Below, piece after piece: positions 19,571 to 28,999 of a stretch of DNA of 64,000 nt. Under the pieces are notes generated by a model. The model was not told the origin of the DNA, searched no databases, and worked only from the letters and a program-made list of their open reading frames with translations. The position numbers and the translations under genes were made by a program. The stretch covers positions 633,845 through 697,844 of the forward strand of contig CBCXTS010000021.1 in assembly GCA_965178085.1 (NCBI GenBank), read 5' to 3'. Within the stretch, counting starts at the first letter, position 1; the number at the start of each line of letters is the position of its first letter. Origin of the DNA: Alphaproteobacteria bacterium (GTDB lineage Bacteria > Pseudomonadota > Alphaproteobacteria > CBCXTS01).

Positions 19571-21580
19571 ATGCAGCCCATAATATTTTTCTATCCTAGA
19601 GTGCAAGCATATTGTCGACATAAAAAGCAAGCTTTATTTGTGTTGCTTTTTGCTGTGATAGCATCCATATTATGGAGTTTACCAACGCTTGCAGAAACCT
19701 TATATTTGCATAAAGGCTCATCCGAGTTAACAGCCAACTTAATTGAGCCACCTTCTTTAATTTCTCAGGTAAAAGCAGGTACATTACCTGCCATTGCAGA
19801 GCGTATTCCTACCTTACCCCATATCGTTGATCCAGCCAAACTCAATCGCCAACCGGGCTTGCATGGCGGTAGTCTAAGAATGTCCATGACACGCGCTAAA
19901 GATACAAGACAAATGGTAGTATATGGTTATGCACGTTTGGCCGTTTTCAATGAATCTTTTGAGCTTGAACCAGATATTTTATTAAAAATTGAAGTACAAG
20001 AAGGTAGACGCTTCAAGCTATTATTACGCCCAGGCCATAAATGGTCTGATGGGCGCGCGTTTACATCCGAAGATTTTCGCTATTGGTGGGAAGACATCGC
20101 CAACAACAAAGAGCTCTATCCATCGGGTCCTCCTAAGCGGTTGCTTGTTGACAACAAGCCTCCAAAAGTTTCATTTCCAAGCGCTTATCAAGTTAATTAT
20201 GAATGGGAAAAACCAAATCCTGAATTTTTACCAGCACTTGCAAACGCAGCAGCTTTGTATATTTATGCTCCCTCGCATTATTTAAAACAATTTCATGTCA
20301 AATACCAAAAAACCGAAAAACTGAACCAATATGTTAAAGAGCATCGTCAAAAAAATTGGGCTTCTATGCATAACACATTGCACAAAGCATACAACAACCA
20401 AAACCATAACTTACCTTCCTTACAGCCTTGGCTACTAACGCCCTCTGAAGGTTTTACACGATTTACTTTCAAGCGTAACCCTTGGTTTCATCGCCTTGAT
20501 AGCAATGGGCGCCAACTTCCTTATTTGGATGAATGGGTTTTCAGTATTTTTGATAGCAAGCTTATCGGTTTAAAAGCAGGAACGGGTGAGCTTGATCTGC
20601 AAGGGCGTTATCTAACATTTAAAGACATTGCCTTACTTAAAAGCTCTGAGCTTGAATTTCCTATTAAAGTTAATTTATGGAAAAACGGTAAAGGCGCACA
20701 TCTAGCATTAATGCCTAATCTCAATGCACAAGATCCTGTTTGGAGAAAACTTTTGCGTGAGAAAGACTTTCGTAAAGCTTTATCATTAGGGATCAATAGA
20801 CACGAATTAAATAGAGTTATCTATTTTGGTTTGGCTACTGAAGGGCAAAATACATTATTACCCGAAAGTCCCTTATATGTTGAACAATACCGTACCAAAT
20901 GGACAGATTTTGATATTAACGCAGCCAACAAGCTACTGGATGATTTAGGATTAACCCAACGCAATGCCAATGGGTATCGCATACTAAGCGATGGAAGACC
21001 GTTAGAATTATTGATTGAAATTGCAGGTTCTGGTACTGAAAAAACAGATGTCCTATCATTAATAAAAAGCAGTTGGGCTGACATCGGCGTAGGATTATTT
21101 ATAAAGCCTGTTTCTACAGAAGTTTTGCGCAGGCGTATTTTTGCTGGTCTTACATTAATGACATTATCTGCTGGAGCAGAAAATGGACTAGCTTCTGCTG
21201 ATAGTCCTCCAAGCGATTTTGTACCCGTTAATCAAGTTCAATATCAATGGCCTAAATGGGGCCAATATTATCAAACAAATGGTGATGCTGGAGAGCCCGT
21301 TGATATGGAAGAAGCACAACTATTGATGGAGCATTACACAAGCTGGCTTAATGCTAGCAATAACGATCAAAAGCGCAAAGCATGGCGTAATATCTTATCC
21401 ATCAACTCAGAAAATATTTTTACTATTGGCATAATTGCAGGTACGATACAGCCAATCGTACATCTCAATAATCTTAACAATGTTCCAACGCAAGCCATTT
21501 GGAATTGGAATCCAGGCGCACATTTTGGAAGCTACAGGCCGGATCTTTTCTGGTTTAGTAATGAACGGGCAACACCATGA
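19571..21580 (+). CDS. ABC transporter substrate-binding protein, family 5 (peptide/nickel type)
   Basis: 669 aa. Signal peptide ALFVLLFAVIASILWSLPTLAE. The length and composition fit SBP family 5, and it sits between the ATPase and the permeases. Confidence 0.75.
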   Translation: MQPIIFFYPRVQAYCRHKKQALFVLLFAVIASILWSLPTLAETLYLHKGSSELTANLIEPPSLISQVKAGTLPAIAERIPTLPHIVDPAKLNRQPGLHGGSLRMSMTRAKDTRQMVVYGYARLAVFNESFELEPDILLKIEVQEGRRFKLLLRPGHKWSDGRAFTSEDFRYWWEDIANNKELYPSGPPKRLLVDNKPPKVSFPSAYQVNYEWEKPNPEFLPALANAAALYIYAPSHYLKQFHVKYQKTEKLNQYVKEHRQKNWASMHNTLHKAYNNQNHNLPSLQPWLLTPSEGFTRFTFKRNPWFHRLDSNGRQLPYLDEWVFSIFDSKLIGLKAGTGELDLQGRYLTFKDIALLKSSELEFPIKVNLWKNGKGAHLALMPNLNAQDPVWRKLLREKDFRKALSLGINRHELNRVIYFGLATEGQNTLLPESPLYVEQYRTKWTDFDINAANKLLDDLGLTQRNANGYRILSDGRPLELLIEIAGSGTEKTDVLSLIKSSWADIGVGLFIKPVSTEVLRRRIFAGLTLMTLSAGAENGLASADSPPSDFVPVNQVQYQWPKWGQYYQTNGDAGEPVDMEEAQLLMEHYTSWLNASNNDQKRKAWRNILSINSENIFTIGIIAGTIQPIVHLNNLNNVPTQAIWNWNPGAHFGSYRPDLFWFSNERATP

Positions 21581-22569
21581 TACATTATATCGTACAGCGT
21601 TTATTTATAATGATACCTACTTTATTTGTCATCAGCGCTCTGGTATTTATCATTATACAATTGCCCCCAGGCGATTATTTAAGCAATACAATTGCAGAAT
21701 TAGAAGCACAAGGCGAAACTGGGACAGAGCAAATTGAGTATTACACAAAACTATATGGCTTAGACCAGCCAGCAATCGTACAATATTTTAAGTGGATTGG
21801 CGGAATGCTCAAAGGTGATTTTGGATATTCTTTTGAGTATCAAAAACCTGTTAGCGAAGTTGTAGGTGATAGAATGTTGCTAACAATTCTAGTCTCATTT
21901 TCAACTATTTTATTTATCTATATTGTCTCCTTTCCTATTGGTATTTATTCTGCTGTAAATCAGTATTCCACTGGAGATTATGCGCTTACATTCATTGGAT
22001 TTTTAGGCCTTGCAACCCCTAATTTTTTGCTTGCACTTATCTTATTGTACTTTGCCAAAAGTTGGTTTGGCATTGAAGTAGGTGGACTAATGGACCAACA
22101 ATATATTAATCAACCATGGTCGAGCGAAAAAATAATATCAGTGCTAGAGCATTTATGGCTACCAGTATTGGTGATAGGAACATCAGGAACAGCGGGCATG
22201 ATCCGCAGGCTACGCGCCAATTTACTTGATGAGTTGCATAAGCAGTATTATATTACCGCTAAAGCTAAAGGACTTAGCCCTTTGAAAGCGCTTTTTAAAT
22301 ATCCTTTACGCATGTCATTAAACCCTTTTATTGCCGATATAGGTTCAATACTACCCGAAGTTATTTCTGGATCAGCCATTGTATCAGTTGTACTGTCTCT
22401 TGATACCACTGGCCCCATGCTCCTAAATGCACTTACTTCTCAAGACACTTATCTTGCAGGTAGTTTTTTAATGTTTTTAGCGTTTTTAACTGTCATTGGC
22501 ATGTTAGTATCAGATATTGCTTTGGGATTACTTGATCCGCGCATACGCCTAGGAGCAAGCATGTCATGA
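21577..22569 (+). CDS. ABC transporter permease (DppB/OppB-like)
   Basis: 330 aa. N-terminal YIVQRLFIMIPTLFVISALVFIIIQLPPGD, multiple TM helices. ATGA overlap with the upstream gene. Confidence 0.85.
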   Translation: MIHYIVQRLFIMIPTLFVISALVFIIIQLPPGDYLSNTIAELEAQGETGTEQIEYYTKLYGLDQPAIVQYFKWIGGMLKGDFGYSFEYQKPVSEVVGDRMLLTILVSFSTILFIYIVSFPIGIYSAVNQYSTGDYALTFIGFLGLATPNFLLALILLYFAKSWFGIEVGGLMDQQYINQPWSSEKIISVLEHLWLPVLVIGTSGTAGMIRRLRANLLDELHKQYYITAKAKGLSPLKALFKYPLRMSLNPFIADIGSILPEVISGSAIVSVVLSLDTTGPMLLNALTSQDTYLAGSFLMFLAFLTVIGMLVSDIALGLLDPRIRLGASMS

Positions 22570-23771
22570 CAACAAAAAACAATTCCAAGAAAAGCAAACA
22601 GCAAAAAGCATCTGAACACTACGTCAATCTTGCTCCTTTTGATCCCCATTCTGTAAGTGTTATGACACCAGAGCAGGAGCGCTATTTCAACGCTTCACAA
22701 TGGAAACTCATGTGGTGGAGACTAAAAAAACACCGCTTGGCTATGGTTTCTCTTGGGTTTTTATTGTTATTATATATTTGCGTTCTTTTTGCAGAGATGA
22801 TTGCCCCTTACAATCTTAAACAACGCAATACTGAATTTCTCTTTGCTCCTCCACAAACAGTTCATTTCTTCCATAATGATCGCTTTGTCGGTCCATTTGT
22901 GTATGGCTATGACATCAGTCGAGACTTTACTCGTATGCGTTGGGTTTATACACCCAACGCGCAAATGGTTCATCCCATCCGCTTTTTTTGCTATAGCGAT
23001 GATTATGCTGGTTCTTCGTACAAATTTTGGGGAGTGTTTCAAACACAGCTTCACCTTTTTTGTCCTGATCAAAATGGGCAACTCTTTCTACTTGGTACCG
23101 ATCGCCTTGGCCATGATGTTTTATCAAGGATTATTTATGGTGCACGTATTTCGCTTTCTATCGGCTTAATTGGCATCGCTATTTCCTTTGTCATCGGTCT
23201 TACTCTAGGAGGAATGGCTGGGTATTTTGGCGGTATTACTGACTGGCTTGTTCAACGCAGCATTGAGATATTTAGATCATTCCCTCAATTGCCTTTATGG
23301 ATGGCTCTATCAGCGGCTCTTCCAGTTACCTGGAGCCCTATTTGGGTTTTCTTTGGTTTAACAATCATTTTAGGCCTACTTGATTGGCCTGGTCTTGCTA
23401 GAGCTGTGCGCTCAAAACTTTTAGCATTACGAGAAGAGGATTTTTGCCAAGCTGCACAATTAATGGGAGCAAAACCAACCCGCATTATTGCCAAACATCT
23501 CATGCCAAGTTTTTCTAGTCATTTAATTGCATCTGCAACGCTTTCCATACCATCAATGATTTTAGGTGAAACCGCTTTAAGTTTTTTAGGCTTAGGACTA
23601 CGCCCACCTGTTACTAGTTGGGGAGTTTTATTAAACGAAGCGCAAAACATTTCTGTTATCGCGCTATACCCATGGTTAATTTACCCAATGTTACCGGTTA
23701 TTTTAACTGTTCTTGCATTTAATTTCTTAGGTGATGGGTTGCGAGATGCCGCCGATCCTTACAAAAATTAA
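22566..23771 (+). CDS. ABC transporter permease (DppC/OppC-like)
   Basis: 401 aa. LGTDRLGHDVLSRIIYGARISL motif and C-terminal GDGLRDAADPY, typical of OppC/DppC. Overlaps the upstream permease by 4 nt. Confidence 0.85.
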   Translation: MTTKNNSKKSKQQKASEHYVNLAPFDPHSVSVMTPEQERYFNASQWKLMWWRLKKHRLAMVSLGFLLLLYICVLFAEMIAPYNLKQRNTEFLFAPPQTVHFFHNDRFVGPFVYGYDISRDFTRMRWVYTPNAQMVHPIRFFCYSDDYAGSSYKFWGVFQTQLHLFCPDQNGQLFLLGTDRLGHDVLSRIIYGARISLSIGLIGIAISFVIGLTLGGMAGYFGGITDWLVQRSIEIFRSFPQLPLWMALSAALPVTWSPIWVFFGLTIILGLLDWPGLARAVRSKLLALREEDFCQAAQLMGAKPTRIIAKHLMPSFSSHLIASATLSIPSMILGETALSFLGLGLRPPVTSWGVLLNEAQNISVIALYPWLIYPMLPVILTVLAFNFLGDGLRDAADPYKN

Positions 23772-23812
23772 ACGTTTTCCATCTTAAAGCTCTTTATAAA
23801 ACTTTAGTTGAT

Positions 23813-24250
23813 TTGATGGAACATAAACCCATGCAAGATTTTATATACAAAACCAGAGTATATTGGGATGACACCGATGCTGGCGGGGTTGTTTATCACA
23901 CAAACTATCTTAAATGGGCAGAGCATGCACGTTCAGATATGTTGCGCCAAATTGGTTTCTCGCAAACGCAATTGCTACAAGAACTTAATATTGCATTTGT
24001 TGTAAAACAATTAACACTTGATTATTTTGTGCCAGCTTTACTCGATGATTTAATCTGTATATATTCCAAACCTAAAACAATAAATGGCGCTAAAATAATA
24101 ATGCAACAAAATATAACGCGCGATGGCATAAAACTTGCCACATTAAACTTAACTCTTGCTTGTGTAAGTACTACAAAAAAAGCAACTCGAATTCCTAGCA
24201 AAATAGCATGCCTCATAGGCCCTTATTGCTCGCATCAAAAGCCAAAATAA
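23813..24250 (+). CDS. ybgC: Tol-Pal-associated acyl-CoA thioesterase (4HBT/YbgC family)
   Basis: 145 aa. RVYWDDTDAGGVVYHTNYLKWAEHARSDMLRQIG hot-dog motif. Directly upstream of tolQ. The start is TTG 23813 or ATG 23816. Confidence 0.85.
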   Translation: MMEHKPMQDFIYKTRVYWDDTDAGGVVYHTNYLKWAEHARSDMLRQIGFSQTQLLQELNIAFVVKQLTLDYFVPALLDDLICIYSKPKTINGAKIIMQQNITRDGIKLATLNLTLACVSTTKKATRIPSKIACLIGPYCSHQKPK

Positions 24251-24269
24251 GTAACGGATATCAAATAGC

Positions 24270-24992
24270 ATGGAACAAAACATCACTGGCATAGAGCTAA
24301 ACAATCTTCATCAAGGACTTTCATCTTTTGATTTGTTTTTAAACGCAGATTGGGTCGTTAAGTTAGTAATGATAGGTCTATTGTTAACATCGATTTGGTG
24401 TTGGCAAATCATCATTACCAAATGGCGCCTTTTTCATCGATTATCTGCACGAGCTGATAAATTTGAAAGCTTGTTCTGGTCACGAAGTACACCACTTGAT
24501 GCGTTATACGAAAGATTACGCGATAATCCGCGCGATCCATTAAGCTTAGTGTTTATTGCTGGCATGGATGAATGGCGCATCCTAGGTAGAAGCAATTACT
24601 CTATCCCTCCTGTATCAACTTCTGAGGTTATCGAGCGCATCAACCGATCAATGCAAATAGCGTTTAACAAAAATATGGATACCCTTGAAAAAGGTCTCTC
24701 AATTCTAGCCACGACAGCGTCTTCGGCACCTTTCATTGGTTTATTTGGCACCGTATGGGGTATTATGAATAGTTTTACAGCAATTGCAGCAGCAAAACAG
24801 ACAAATCTTGCTGTTGTTGCTCCTGGTATAGCCGAAGCTTTATTTGCAACAGCCATTGGTTTGATTGCAGCTATACCAGCTAGTATTGCATATAATAAAC
24901 TAACACAAGACATGTCACGCTATGGCATACGAGTAGAGTCATTTATGGGAGAATTTTCTGCTTACATAGCAAGAGAAATAGATAAAGGTTAA
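24270..24992 (+). CDS. tolQ: Tol-Pal system protein TolQ
   Basis: 240 aa. MotA/TolQ/ExbB channel motif SAPFIGLFGTVWGIMNSF. Confidence 0.92.
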   Translation: MEQNITGIELNNLHQGLSSFDLFLNADWVVKLVMIGLLLTSIWCWQIIITKWRLFHRLSARADKFESLFWSRSTPLDALYERLRDNPRDPLSLVFIAGMDEWRILGRSNYSIPPVSTSEVIERINRSMQIAFNKNMDTLEKGLSILATTASSAPFIGLFGTVWGIMNSFTAIAAAKQTNLAVVAPGIAEALFATAIGLIAAIPASIAYNKLTQDMSRYGIRVESFMGEFSAYIAREIDKG

Positions 24993-25019
24993 TCAATTCT
25001 TTGCCAATTTTAAAGGAAA

Positions 25020-25451
25020 ATGAGCTTGGGCATATCATCAAATAAAACCTCTAACATCAAAGGGCGATACAAACCATTAAACGAAATTAATGTAACACCC
25101 TTAGTAGATGTTATGCTAGTTCTGCTGGTCGTTTTTATGATCACAGCGCCTTTGCTGACCGTTGGCGTTGAAATTGATTTGCCAAAAGCAGATGCACCCG
25201 GCCTATCCAATACTCTAGAGCCATTAAGCATCAGTATTGACAATGAAGGTGTGATTTCGGTTGAAGAGCGTATCACTGGCCTAACACAGCTTCCTACCAT
25301 TTTAGCATCATTGAGCAATAACAATAAAAAGCTGCGCATTCTTGTGCGTGCAGATCGCAATTTACGCTATGAAGAAGTTCTACAAGTTCTTGGTACTATC
25401 GTTAATGCAGGTTTTACGAATATGATATTACAAAGTCAAATTCCAAACTAG
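25020..25451 (+). CDS. tolR: Tol-Pal system protein TolR
   Basis: 143 aa. ExbD/TolR motif EINVTPLVDVMLVLLVVFMITAP. Confidence 0.9.
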   Translation: MSLGISSNKTSNIKGRYKPLNEINVTPLVDVMLVLLVVFMITAPLLTVGVEIDLPKADAPGLSNTLEPLSISIDNEGVISVEERITGLTQLPTILASLSNNNKKLRILVRADRNLRYEEVLQVLGTIVNAGFTNMILQSQIPN

Positions 25452-25494
25452 TGCCCTTAATACCTTTGTTAGACTACCTTAAAGCTACTAAAAT

Positions 25495-26475
25495 ATGCTA
25501 AGATACTTTCAATCAAACATTATAATGGACTGGTCTTTGTCCTTAGGGTTGCATTTTTTAGTGATGGGCATTGCTATCATTGCTGTGCAAGCTTTTCCAA
25601 AAGACATTACAATACAAACTATCCCTGTAACATTTGAAATTATCACAGAACAGCGTCAAGCGCTTGTACCCAAAACTCATTCTCTTTCAACAACAGCGCC
25701 TCCAAAAAGCACTCCACAACAAAAAATTGCTCCTGCCTCACCTGCACCTGCAAAGCCGGCTCCACCTGCTCCTAGAGTGCAACCTGCCAAAGTCCAACCT
25801 GCACCGGTGACACCCCCCACTCTTCATGCACCAAAGTTAGTCAAAAATAAGCCTGAAGATACAGCCAAAAAACAACCAGCAATCAAGCCAATTGCACAAA
25901 ATATTAAACCCGCCGAAACGCTACAAGATAACAATTCTAAAAAACAAAAACCGATCCCAGTGCAGCAACAACTAGCTTCTATCTTAAAATCCGTTGAAAG
26001 AAATTTAGATGCAACCGCTCCTAGCGATGTTCAACAAAAAACAAAAAATGCTAAAACAGAACAGCACATTGATGACAATGATGTTTTAAAAAAATTGCGC
26101 GAGCGTTTCCAAGACAACACTCCAGACAACACGCAAAACCATACCGGCGATATCATTGCTGATCAATTAAGTGCAAGTGAAATTGACCTACTAAAAAAGC
26201 AAATAGCTAGTTGCTGGAATATTCCAGCAGGAGCACGCGAGTCAGAATTACTTCAAATTCGTATTAGAATCAAAGTAAACGTAGATCGCAGTGTTCATAG
26301 CGCCGATATTGTTGAAAAAAACCGGTTGCAAGACCCTTTCTATCGTACTGCTGCCGAAAGCGCATTAAGGGCTGTTTTGCATCCTAATTGTAGTCCGCTT
26401 AATTTGCCAAAGGATAAATACGAACTATGGAACGACATTATTTTTACATTCGATCCGAGTATTATTATAAGCTAA
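25495..26475 (+). CDS. tolA: Tol-Pal system protein TolA
   Basis: 326 aa. N-terminal TM helix, P/A/K-rich linker (PASPAPAKPAPPAPRVQPAKVQPAPVTPP), C-terminal TolA/TonB-type domain. Positioned between tolR and tolB. Confidence 0.8.
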   Translation: MLRYFQSNIIMDWSLSLGLHFLVMGIAIIAVQAFPKDITIQTIPVTFEIITEQRQALVPKTHSLSTTAPPKSTPQQKIAPASPAPAKPAPPAPRVQPAKVQPAPVTPPTLHAPKLVKNKPEDTAKKQPAIKPIAQNIKPAETLQDNNSKKQKPIPVQQQLASILKSVERNLDATAPSDVQQKTKNAKTEQHIDDNDVLKKLRERFQDNTPDNTQNHTGDIIADQLSASEIDLLKKQIASCWNIPAGARESELLQIRIRIKVNVDRSVHSADIVEKNRLQDPFYRTAAESALRAVLHPNCSPLNLPKDKYELWNDIIFTFDPSIIIS

Positions 26476-27800
26476 TCGCAGCACTTAAAAAATCGCTGCT
26501 AACGTTTGTGTTAATGTTTAACATTGCTGTGATAAGCAGTCCTTGGGCACAAGCCCAATTATCTGTTGACATCACACAAGGTGTTTTTGAACCTATTAAA
26601 CTGGCTTTACCCGTTTTTTCTGGTGATACAAAAAACGCTTCACAGTTTGCACAAGAAATAACTCGCGTTATTACCAATGACTTAGAAAACACTGGTCTTT
26701 TTAAAATCATTGATCGCGAGAGTTATTTAGAAGATGCAAGCGATATTAATATCAGACCCAAATTTAACAACTGGCGCCCGATTAAAGCAGCAGCCTTAAT
26801 TCAAGGACAAATTATTATTGGGCAAGATGATATGCTAGAAGTCAAGTTTAGATTATGGGATATTTTTGCAGAATCACAAATGATTGGCAATCAATATCAA
26901 GCAGAGCCAAATCAGTGGAGACGTATTGCCCATATTGTTGCCGATAAAATCTATGAACGCCTTACAGGAGATATCGGCTATTTTGATACTAGAATTTTGT
27001 TTGTCGCGGAAACTGGCCCAGCCGACAGACGTATTAAGCGTCTTGCCATTATGGATCAAGATGGCTTTAATCATAAAATATTGACTGATGGTCGTGCTTT
27101 AGTGTTAACACCACGTTTTTCACCTACAGAGCAAAAAATTACATATTTAAGCTATTATAAAGATACACCACAGGTATTTTTATTTGATTTACAAACTGGT
27201 GAATATAAAGAAATCGGAGAATTTCAAAGCATGACTTATGCTCCTAGATTTTCACCAGACGGTAAACACTTGATTATGGCATATGCACAAGACGGAAACA
27301 GCGACATCTATCTATATGATTTAGAAACAAATCAAGCCCAGCGATTGACAAAAGACTCTGCCATTGACACTTCTCCAAGTTTTGCACCAGATGGCAATCA
27401 AATTGTATTTACTTCAGATCGTGGAGGGTCTCCACAGTTATACACAATGGATCGCAATGGATCAAATGTTACAAGAATTAGCTACGGAAAAGGTAGATAT
27501 TCAACCCCTGTATGGTCTCCTCGTGGAGATTTAATTGCTTTTACACGCCAATATCAAGGCCAATTTTCTATTGGTGTTATGCATTATGATGGATCTGGAG
27601 AAAGGCTCTTAAGTCGCTCATATCTTGAAGAAAGTCCAAGTTGGTCACCCAATGGGCGTGTTTTAGTCTTTTATAGAGAAAACAAAGAAGATTACGGTTC
27701 AAATTCTCTTTATTCAATTGATATTACTGGGTATAATTTACGCAAATTAATAACCCCTACAAGCGCGTCTGATCCTGCCTGGTCTCCTCCGTTACAATAA
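26427..27800 (+). CDS. tolB: Tol-Pal system beta-propeller protein TolB
   Basis: 457 aa. Repeated propeller motifs: PRFSPDGKHLIMAY, PSFAPDGNQIVFTSDRGGSPQLY, PVWSPRGDLIAF, PSWSPNGRVLVF. The start is uncertain. ATG 26427 overlaps tolA by 49 nt and gives a 43-aa leader ending SSPWAQA. Confidence 0.9.
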   Translation: MERHYFYIRSEYYYKLIAALKKSLLTFVLMFNIAVISSPWAQAQLSVDITQGVFEPIKLALPVFSGDTKNASQFAQEITRVITNDLENTGLFKIIDRESYLEDASDINIRPKFNNWRPIKAAALIQGQIIIGQDDMLEVKFRLWDIFAESQMIGNQYQAEPNQWRRIAHIVADKIYERLTGDIGYFDTRILFVAETGPADRRIKRLAIMDQDGFNHKILTDGRALVLTPRFSPTEQKITYLSYYKDTPQVFLFDLQTGEYKEIGEFQSMTYAPRFSPDGKHLIMAYAQDGNSDIYLYDLETNQAQRLTKDSAIDTSPSFAPDGNQIVFTSDRGGSPQLYTMDRNGSNVTRISYGKGRYSTPVWSPRGDLIAFTRQYQGQFSIGVMHYDGSGERLLSRSYLEESPSWSPNGRVLVFYRENKEDYGSNSLYSIDITGYNLRKLITPTSASDPAWSPPLQ

Positions 27801-28154
27801 TATCATTACAACGATACACTTAATCTTATTGCCCAATATTTACAAATGACACCTTCATTCTTAAATTTACAATTAGCCAACGCATCAATCAAGTTGCTTA
27901 ACCTATCAAACAAACTCTTTCAGCAACAATAATTCAAGCTATTGGGACAATCTTACATAAGTTTTTGTAGCACTTGAACAACAAACTATATCTTTTTATT
28001 TTATAATAATAAAAACATGCTTGTGATTCAATTCTATTTAGTTTAAATGTATGCTCAGTTTGAAGATAGTTATTTTGGCTAAATCTATATATTAAAGATT
28101 GTAGCAATTTAAAGAACATTTATTCAAGTGCTTATGAAACTTTAGGAGACATCA

Positions 28155-28694
28155 ATGATGCAATTACGCACTATAGGAATATTAGCTGCACTACTTTCCT
28201 TAACCGCTTGTGGCTTTGACCCAAAACAAGAAACAGTTATGGCTGTCACTGGCAGCGAAACTATGGACGGTAGTTCTGTAGACGGTAGTTCTGTATCCGA
28301 AACAGAAATGGCTGCTTCTGGTTCTATTATTCCAGGTTCTGAACGTGACTTTATATATAACATAGGTGATCGTGTATATTTCGGTTATGATAAACACTCT
28401 TTAACCGAAGATGAGCAATTGACATTGGATTCACAAGCTTTATGGCTTAAGACATATCCAAATACAACGATCCTGATTGAAGGCCACGCCGATGAGCGCG
28501 GTACACGTGAGTACAACCTTGCCCTTGGTGATCGCAGAGCAAACACCATTAAAGTTTATTTAACTGCAAGTGGAATTGCTGAATCTCGCATTGCTACAAT
28601 TTCTTATGGAAAAGAACGTCCGTCTGTCTTAGGACATAATGAAAATGCATGGACGCGTAATCGACGTGGCGTTACACGTGTTGTTTCACAATAG
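28155..28694 (+). CDS. pal: Peptidoglycan-associated lipoprotein Pal
   Basis: 179 aa. Lipobox LLSLTAC. OmpA-like domain IEGHADERGTREYNLALGDRRANTIKVYL. Confidence 0.92.
   Translation: MMQLRTIGILAALLSLTACGFDPKQETVMAVTGSETMDGSSVDGSSVSETEMAASGSIIPGSERDFIYNIGDRVYFGYDKHSLTEDEQLTLDSQALWLKTYPNTTILIEGHADERGTREYNLALGDRRANTIKVYLTASGIAESRIATISYGKERPSVLGHNENAWTRNRRGVTRVVSQ
28266..28295. repeat. In-frame perfect 15-bp tandem duplication GACGGTAGTTCTGTA x2 within pal
   Basis: Read directly. It encodes DGSSV-DGSSV in the linker between the lipobox and the OmpA-like domain. Confidence 0.9.
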
Positions 28695-28999
28695 AGCGTT
28701 TTACTTGCAAATAGAGCCTTGTTGTTTTGTTGCAAATCAACTGATGCCATTGCAAACAACGTCATCATAAACGAGTTGCTTGAATAAACGACAGCTTGTG
28801 ATAGATATTGCTTGCATGTACACACTTCGTAGATATTTCTTAATCAGATAAAGACTTAGTTTTTTTAATCATTAATATAAACGCAGGACTTTAATTAGCC
28901 CTGCTTTTATATTATAATGGCTACAACCATATTTGCAATTGTGGCAAATAACCGATGTCTGACAACTTATTCTAAAACTATTATAGCAGCATTAATTCT

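Noticed and set aside
25010-25360. Long ORFs antisense to, or out of frame within, well-supported genes. Examples: 25010-25360 (vs tolR), 12580-12924 (vs sdhA), 35505-35876 (vs sppA), 45797-46138 (vs ribB), 48752-49105 (vs maeB), 53045-53437 (vs gcdH), 22801-23169 (alternate frame in the permease), 16129-16404.
   Set aside because: Each lies entirely within a gene that has strong family motifs. Their translations are low-complexity or Cys/Ser/Arg-rich with no recognisable motif. They are best explained as chance open frames opposite conserved genes.
28883-28910. Candidate rho-independent terminator after pal (GCAGG...CCTGC followed by TTTTAT), and similar weak hairpins after other genes (14969-14994, 34802-34824).
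   Set aside because: The stems are only 5-10 bp, mostly A/T, with long loops or no T-tract. That is not strong enough to call terminators by eye.
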